A stretch of 64,000 nucleotides of DNA from Vicugna vicugna (taxonomy: Eukaryota), in contig MU058213.1 in the NCBI GenBank assembly GCA_013265495.1, positions 3,596,001 through 3,660,000 of the forward strand, in the 5' to 3' direction. The notes beneath the pieces were generated by a model. The model had not been told where the DNA came from and made no database searches. It saw only the letters and a list, made by a program, of their open reading frames with translations. Positions within the stretch are counted from its first letter, which is position 1; every line of letters starts with the position of its first letter. Positions 56,175 through 64,000 of this stretch are shown piece by piece. The position numbers were made by a program, and so were the translations under genes.

Positions 56175-57589
56175 TTAGAGAGCAACAGAACTCAGAGTTA
56201 CGTAAGCACAGTGCTGTTTCAGTCCAATGTGACCCCTATGACAAAGGGAATAAACACAGCTTCAAGTCATTCGCCACAATTTTCACTTGATGCATGATCA
56301 TCATTCTTTAAAGACTAGCTCAGGTTTAGTTGGCTTGTTTCATCTTCAAGGTATACAGTATCACTGCTGTTAATAGCATTCAAGAAACTTGTTGGAAGAG
56401 ATACCGGCACAAAGTTTTCCAACGACAACCCAACTGCGCACTCTGAGATGAGTATATTCAGACTCAACCAGAAGGCTATACATTTTCACATATATATCAA
56501 ACTTACATACTGGAACAATTTCCGGTGTAAACATTATGTCAGACGTTAGAGGCAAAATTACTACATGGTTTAGAATAGAAACATGATATGATATATCAGA
56601 ACTAAGAGAGGCCTTAGGGATCATCTATAGCAACACTCAAATTTTACCAATAAGGGAAAAAAATGAAGACACAGAGAAAGGTTCCAAAGGTCCAGTGTTC
56701 TCACCCCTACAGCTCCTATTACTGTCAGGAAAAAAGCACTTTGTATAAGGCAGTAACTTCAAGTGGGACCAGGGAACCAAGCCAAGTCTTAACTACTGCT
56801 GGAATCAGGTATTCTGTTTTTCACTAGAGCTTCCAGTCATAGGTAAAAGGCCAAGCCCAGTCCAGCAGCAGGAAAAGGCCACATTTTGCTCTAGCTACCA
56901 AGGCCTTCCTCGTAACTGCTGGCCTTTGGGAGAACCCCTATCTGAGAAATACCATAGAGGAAGTCAGAGGAATTCCAAAGTAATTCAGTCAAATCCCCTC
57001 ACCTCACCCCCTATTTCAGCAGCAACCAGAGCAGCTTCTTGATGAAGAAGTCATGCAGTGGAGAGCCAAAGAGAGAGCTTTAGGATGAAGAAGGAAAACC
57101 CCTGCAATGCTTGGTGGGCAGGGTACAGTGGTAACCTGGACTCGAGTTCTTACAGACTGCTGAATATCTTGGCATATTCTCAAAGTGACCTGAACTCAAG
57201 GAGTCAAACTGGTAGAGTCTCAGGAGAAGGCAGGAACCCCTGGGAGCCTTAACACAGAGAACAGGGGTAGGTCTAAAGACAACAGTATTTCTCTTAATTG
57301 TGCCCTTCCTATCCCCACACCAAGTACCAGACACTTCTACTGGGGGTGGGGGTGAGGGGAAGGAGAGCAAATGCATTCCCAACAATGCTGAAGAGAAGGG
57401 AGACGGGAAAGGACTACTCTGTACAGAGAATTCCCTCTACAGGGAATATGAGATACATCATATTTAAATTGAGACTAAATGTGGTATTTCAAGTGGTTCA
57501 AGGGCCAAGGTTTAAAGTATAAAGTAATGGAGTGTCTATTTTGGGGGGGGGCTGACAATTTAAATGAATTGCGTCAAATCAGAAATGTT

Positions 57590-57865
57590 GTTTCCTCCAC
57601 CTAGAACGTTACTTTTCTTACCCTTCAAGACCCAGCTTAAATGATGATTTTGAACGGGTCTTCTGACTTCCCTACCCAAAGCAGTGCCCTCCTGCCACAC
57701 CCTTACCATATTCCCTATCTGTGTACTTATTTCTCTTCTCATGACTTATAGCTATGTAACAGTCAATGTATTTGTTGTTTGTCTCCTCCATTAGTCTGTA
57801 AGCTCAGCCAGGGCAGTGACCGTATCTATCTGGTTCACCAAGGTATTCTCTGAACTAGAAACAAG
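57590..57865 (+). mobile_element. L2 3' fragment
   Basis: cccttcaagacccagcttaaatg...tgtctcctccattagtctgtaagctc...gggcagtgaccgtatct. Confidence 0.75.
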
Positions 57866-59869
57866 ACGAAAGAGTCACATTAAGCCCACCTGTCATGTTA
57901 AACTTTAATATGACATGTAATTTAAAATGATTTTAATTGTGACTTAATAAGTATGTTATGTTAAAAATGACAAAAAACCTTAAAGAAACACATAAAACAG
58001 AAAGAGCAAAAAAGAAAACACTGCTCACTGGTCCTAGGACAGCACTGGCAGATGGGCCTAAAGAAACTGCAACCAAGTAAAGAGAATCAAAGCAAGGAGT
58101 CTAATGAGAGATACAATATCCATTCTAGTCTCCCTCTGTGATTTAGCTTTTGACGCTTTTTCATATTAGTGTATCAAAGTTTTCTCCTTTGGCAGAAGGG
58201 GTAGGTGGAAAGGTGGCAAAATTAAGGATCAGGATGATCAACGCAAAATTTGCTTGTCACATAGGAGTAATCCTGAGTGTGATTTTAGAATGTGACCATC
58301 TAATTTCATCTGGTTTTTTATTCTTATTTATTCCACAAGAGAGGAATTCACCTTTTGGAAAAATGACCTTTTTTTTTTTTTCACAATGACCTTATTTTTA
58401 AAACACTCTTTAGTAGATAAATATAAAAAGTACTTTGCAGACATATAACTAACTTAAATTATACCTCCTGAATCAAATAGTAGGCAATGTTAAGAATAAA
58501 CCTGCTTATGATTCAAAACTCTATGCTGTGACATCTTATGCATCAAAGAGAAAATAAGGAGAGCCTCAATTTTAAAGTAACACTAACAATACCTGAACAG
58601 GTCATCAATTTCCTTAATTCTGTGAAATCTCAGAACTGGAAATGAGTTCAGAAGTTGTATAATTCAACTTCCTGCCAAGTGTAGAATAATGGGTTACCTA
58701 ATGTTTACACGTTCCTTGACGGGGAGGGCTCTGCACTGTGAAGGGGCCTATCCAATTTTCAGTGGTTCCAATTTTCCAAGAAAATGAATTTCATTATTAC
58801 AACCTCTTCCCCACTGAGAAGTTCTAAGCAGTCAATGACTCTGTTTAATATAATCATTTATAGGCTGTCTATTCACATTTTTGAAACTATTGCTACATAA
58901 CAAGCCATAGGTCATTCCAGGTCATGAGGAGACCTTGGTTATTTACATCGTGTTTTCCGACTTCATAACTTTAACTGCAGGCTGATCAAGCAAGACATGG
59001 TGTCAATTAACACCTAACTCAGCGTCAGATTATATTTATGCAAGATGCAAAACAGAGGAAGGAACAGAGGATATTTTGTTCACAGGATAACTAACACTCT
59101 AATGCCATTTTTAAAATGAGATTTTTTTTTTTTTTGGTCTTACTCTTTTTTAAAAGTTTGCTACACAGACTTTGAAATTAAACCTAACATTCAACATGGC
59201 CATCAACATGCCACTCAAAGTCGTCAGCAGCAAGTCAGTCTTAACCGTTTACTCATACCATTTGTAAACAAACTGTACATTACGGTAAGGTAAAGGTAAA
59301 ATTTTGTTTAAAAGTACAAAAATACAAACAGAATAAAAGACTAGTGGCAAAAGATAGTCATAGGATACATAACAATACATGAACTTTTTGGACTGTTTTG
59401 TATGTTACATCATTTAATCCCCCCAACAACCTTGAGGCAGGTTTTTTTTTTTCCCTCCACAGGGTTTTTACACTCCTTTCAAGACACTTAATTTCAAAAC
59501 TACTATAAAGAAGCCCCTATTTTCTTGCAGAAGTAAAAATCCTCAACATTATTTATGTGAAAATGTTCACACATATTCCAGTAAATATAAAGTATATGTG
59601 TTATCCATAGTGTCTAAATGCCAGTTAATGATGGTGACTGTAGCCCTTGGAATACAACTAAGTTGCCTCACTGCAACAACGCATCACGACCTACAAAAAG
59701 ACTGATGCAAAAGGTTATCCTTACAATATCATGTAGAAAATAAAGGAAAACAGCATTACATGTCTTTGAAATGTTATAAAGTCCAACTACTTTTATGTAT
59801 AAGAATATGCTTTCAATTTGTGGTGTAATTCTCAGCTATGGACTCCTACAATTCAAAGCATGCTACTGT

Positions 59870-62800
59870 CTTAGTGTATGAGTTCAAGATCCATTTTTTA
59901 AACCCTTTGACCCTCTTCACCCATCTCTCCCACCCTCTACCACCATCTTCTGGTGATCAAAAATACATTATCTGTATCTATGAACTTGACATTTTTTAAT
60001 ATAAAATTTTAGTTTCAACATATGAGAGATCACACTATATAAGTCTTCCTCTGTCTGACTTATTTCACTTAGCATAATGCCCTCTAGGTACAAATGCTGC
60101 AAATGGAAAGATTTCATTCTCTTTAATGGCTGAATAATATTCCACTATATATATGCACCACAATTTCTTTAGCCATTCATCCACGATAGATACTTGGATA
60201 GTTTCCATAGCTTGGCTATTGTAATTTTTGGGGCATCTCCATACTGTTCTCCATAGCAGTTGCACCAGTTTACATTCCCATTCACAGCACAAAGTTTCAA
60301 TTTTCTCTACATCCTCACCAACACTTGTAATTTGTGTTGTTTTCTATAATAGCTATTCTGACATGAGTAAAGTAACATATCTTTGTGGTTCTGATTTGCA
60401 TTTCCCTGATGATTATTGATGTCCAACATTTTTTTATGTACCTGTTGGTCATCTTTATGTCTTCTTTGCAAACTGTCTAATCAGACCTTCCAGCCCATTT
60501 TTAAATCAGATTACTTTTTTTAAAATTATTGAGTTGTATGAGTCCTTTATACATTTTGGATATTAACTTGTCAGATATATGACTTGCAAATATTTTCTCC
60601 CATTTAGTAGCCTTGTCCTTTTATTTGGTTGATGATTTGCTTAGCTATACAGAAGCTGTTTAGTTTGATGCAGTCCTACTTGTTTAATTTTGCTTTTAAA
60701 AATTTTATTTTTGGTGTCAGATTAAAAAAAATCATCACCAAGACCTATGTCAAAGAGCTTGCTACCTATGTTTTCTTCTATGTGTTTTATTATTTCAAGT
60801 CTCATGTTCTAGTCTTTAATCCATTTTGAATTGATTTTTGTGCATGGTGTTAAGATACGGGTCCAGTTTCATTCTTTTGAATGTGGCTGTCCAGTTTTCC
60901 CCAACACCATTTACTGAAGAGACTGTCTGTACCCTCACTGTATAATCCTGACTCCTCCGTTGTAAATTAATTGACCATATATGTATGGGTTTATTTCTGG
61001 GTTCTCTATTCTGTTCCTTTCAACTATGTGTGTGTTTTTATGCCAACACCATACTGTTTCAATTACTACAGCTATGAAACAGAGTTTGCAGTCAGAGAGC
61101 GTTGATGATTCCAGGTTTGTTCTTTCTCAAGACTGCTTTGACTACTTGAGGTCTTCGGTGGTTTCATACAAATTTTAGGATTCTTTGTTCTATTTCCATG
61201 AAAAATGCTACTGGAATTTTCATAGGGACTGATTGAATCTGCAGGCTATTTTGGGTAGTATGGATATTTTAACAATATTAATTCTTTATGACCACAAAAA
61301 AACTTTCCATTTATTTGTGTCTTCTTCAATTTCTTTCCTTGATGTCTTGTAGTTTCCAGTATACAGGTCTTAAACCTCTTTGGTTAAATTTATTCTGAGG
61401 TATTTTATTCTTTTTGACAGTATTGTAAATGGGACTGTTTTCTTAATTTTGCTTTCTGATAGTTTACTAGTATATAGAAATGCAAAAGATTTTTGTGTAC
61501 TGATTTTTTATCCTGCAACATTACTGAATCCATTGATTAGTTCTAACAGTTTTTGTTGGGAGTCTTTAGGGTTTTCTATATATAACATCATGTCACCTGC
61601 AAATAGTGATAGTTTTACTTTTTCTTTTCCAATATGGGTGCCTTTTATTTCTTTTTCTTGCCTAATTGCTCTGGCTAGGGCTCCCACTACTATGTGAATA
61701 AAAGTGGTATGAGTAGGCATCCTTGTCTTGTTCCTAATCTTAGAGGAAAAGCTTTCAGATTTTCAGTACTGAGTACGATGCTGGCTCTGGGCTTCTCATA
61801 TACAGCCTCCAGTACGTTGAGGTACTTTCCCTCCATAGCTGCTTCGCTGAGTTTTTATCATAAATAGATGCTGAGTTTTGTTAAATGCTTTTTCTGCAGC
61901 TATTGAGATGATCATATGATTTTTATCTTTCATTTTGTTAAAGTGCTGTATCACAATAACTGATTTGTGAATGCTGAACCAGCCTTCCATCTGTAGAAGA
62001 AATCTCACTTCATCATGGTGTATGATCCTTTTAATGTATTGTTGAATTCAGTTTGCCAGTATTTTTTGAGAAGTTTTGCATCCATATTCATCAAGGATAT
62101 TGGCCTGTAATTTTCTTTTCTAGTGGCAACCTTGTCTGTTTGGGTTCAGGGTAATGTTGGCCTCATAAACTGAGTTTGGAAGAATTTCCACCCCCTTTCT
62201 ATTTTTTGGAAGGGTTTGAGAAGGATAGGTATTAATTCTTCTCTGAATGTCTGGTAGAATTCGCCAGTGAACCTGCCTGGTCCTGGACTTCTGTTTGTTG
62301 GGAGGTTTTTCATTACTGATTCCAACTCCTTTCTAGTAATCAGTCAGTTCAGATTTTTCTATTTCTTCGTGATTCAGTCTTGGTAGGGTATATTAGGAAT
62401 TTATCCATTTCTTCTAGGTTGTTCAACTTGTTGGCATGTAACTGTAGTCTTTTATGAACCTCTGTATTTCTGAGCTATCAGTTGTACTATCTCCTCTTCA
62501 TTTCTCATGTTACTTGAGTCCTCTCTTTTTGTCTTGGATCTAGCTAATGGTTTTTCAATTTTGTCTTTTCAAAGAACCAGCTCTTACTTTCTTTAATCTC
62601 TGATATTTCCTTCCTTCTACTAACTTTGGGCTTTGGTTCTTTTTCTAGTTCCTTGAGGTGTAAAGTAAGGTTGTTTATTTGAGACTTCTCTTGTTTCTTA
62701 AAGGAAGGCATTTATCACCATGAACTTTCTTCTCAGAACTTCTTTTACTGTATTCCATAAATTTGGTTATATTCCCATTTTCATTTGTCTCAAAGTATTT

Positions 62801-64000
62801 TTTGATTTCTCTTTTGATCTCTTCTTTGATCCATTGGTTGTTCAAGCAGCATGTTGCTTAATTTCCACCTATTTGTGAATTTTACAGTTTTCTTCATATA
62901 ACTGATTTCTAGATTCATACCACTGTGGTTGAAAAAGATACCTGATATGATTTCAATTCTCTTCAATTTACTAAGACTTGTTTTGTGGCCTTACATATGA
63001 TTTATCCTGGAGAATGTTCCATGTGCTCCTGAAAAGAATGTATTCTGTTGTTTTTGAATGGACTGTTTTTAATGTATCTGTTAAGTCCATTTGGTTTAAT
63101 GTGTCTTTTAAGGTTGATGTTTCCCTACTTATTTTCTGTCTGGATAATCTATCCATTGATATAAGCGGGGCATTCTGGTCTCCTTGACGGAATGTTAGTC
63201 CATCTGATGCTGTCCCAGAAGTCCCTTAAACTATTTGGATTTTTTTCCACTTGCTGCTCTGATTGGATGACGTCTGCTGCCTTATCTTCAGGTTCACGGA
63301 TCTTTTCTTCTGCTTCATCTAGTCTGTTGTTGAACCCTGCTAGTGTACCTTTCAGTTCAGTAATTGTTCTTCAGCTCTGTGACTTCTGTCTGGTACTTTC
63401 ACGTATTTTCCATCTCTTTGTTAAAGCTCTGACTGTGTTCATACATCCTTCTTCCCAGTTTATGTTTATTTTATGACCATTACTTTGCACTCTTTATCAA
63501 GTAAATTACTTATCTCAGCTTCACTGTTACTTGGCTAAGGTTTTATCTTGTTCTTTCATTTGGAACATATTCCTTTGTTTCTTCCTTTTGCTTCACTGTG
63601 TTGGTTTCTATGCAGAAAATGAAACCACCACGTCTCCCAAGCTTGAAGGAGTGTAGGAGATGAAACTTGTTCAACCCTGTCCTAGGTCTTGGTTGTCCCT
63701 TAAACTTCTGTGCTTGTCAAAGCAGTCTATTTTTAATAGTTCTCAGTAGTTAAGTATGTACCAAGACCTGTCAGTGTCCCAAAAGGGAGGATCTCGGTAC
63801 CTAAAATCAGGCTGACTGGAAGCCAGACCCGCAGGCAGCAGCTTTTAAAAGTATGCAAGTATATACAGTCCTGTGGGACTGCAAGCATAAGCCCTGCTGG
63901 CCACCAGAGCCAAGCAATCTGGAGGTGTCCCCTGGGCAGTTGCAAAACTCAGGGCTCCTGACGCGTGTATCCACTCTTCTCTGTCAGATACCAGAAATGG
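59870..64000 (-). mobile_element. Long decayed L1 (3' UTR, ORF2, then an ORF1/5' remnant) in an RFX7 intron
   Basis: Minus-strand ORF fragments [68 protein letters not shown] and MDRLSRQKISRET; internal deletions near 60225 and 63180. Confidence 0.95.

Overview
Mammalian genomic DNA, probably camelid (a vic-1-type tRNA-derived SINE at ~1.9 kb). The right third holds the last five coding exons and 3' UTR of RFX7 on the minus strand, including a clear AT-AC (U12, minor-spliceosome) intron; the 5' exons lie beyond the window. The left two-thirds look intergenic and are rich in L1, MaLR, ERV LTR, MIR, L2 and DNA-transposon remnants. Between those repeats is a chain of about 25 plus-strand, splice-site-bounded exon remnants (~3.3-43.2 kb). 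They translate, with stops and frameshifts, into a large protein built from a recurring unit (PLIG-x-x-NPYL motif, F-x-x-Y-x-x-L-x4-L-F/I-S motif, EF-hand-like loop) plus a non-repetitive C-terminal part. I read this as a decayed multi-exon (unitary-type) pseudogene that I cannot name, possibly driven by the CpG island at ~1.3-1.6 kb and ending tail-to-tail with RFX7. Repeat family names are from recall of consensus sequences, repeat boundaries are approximate, and all translations were done by hand.
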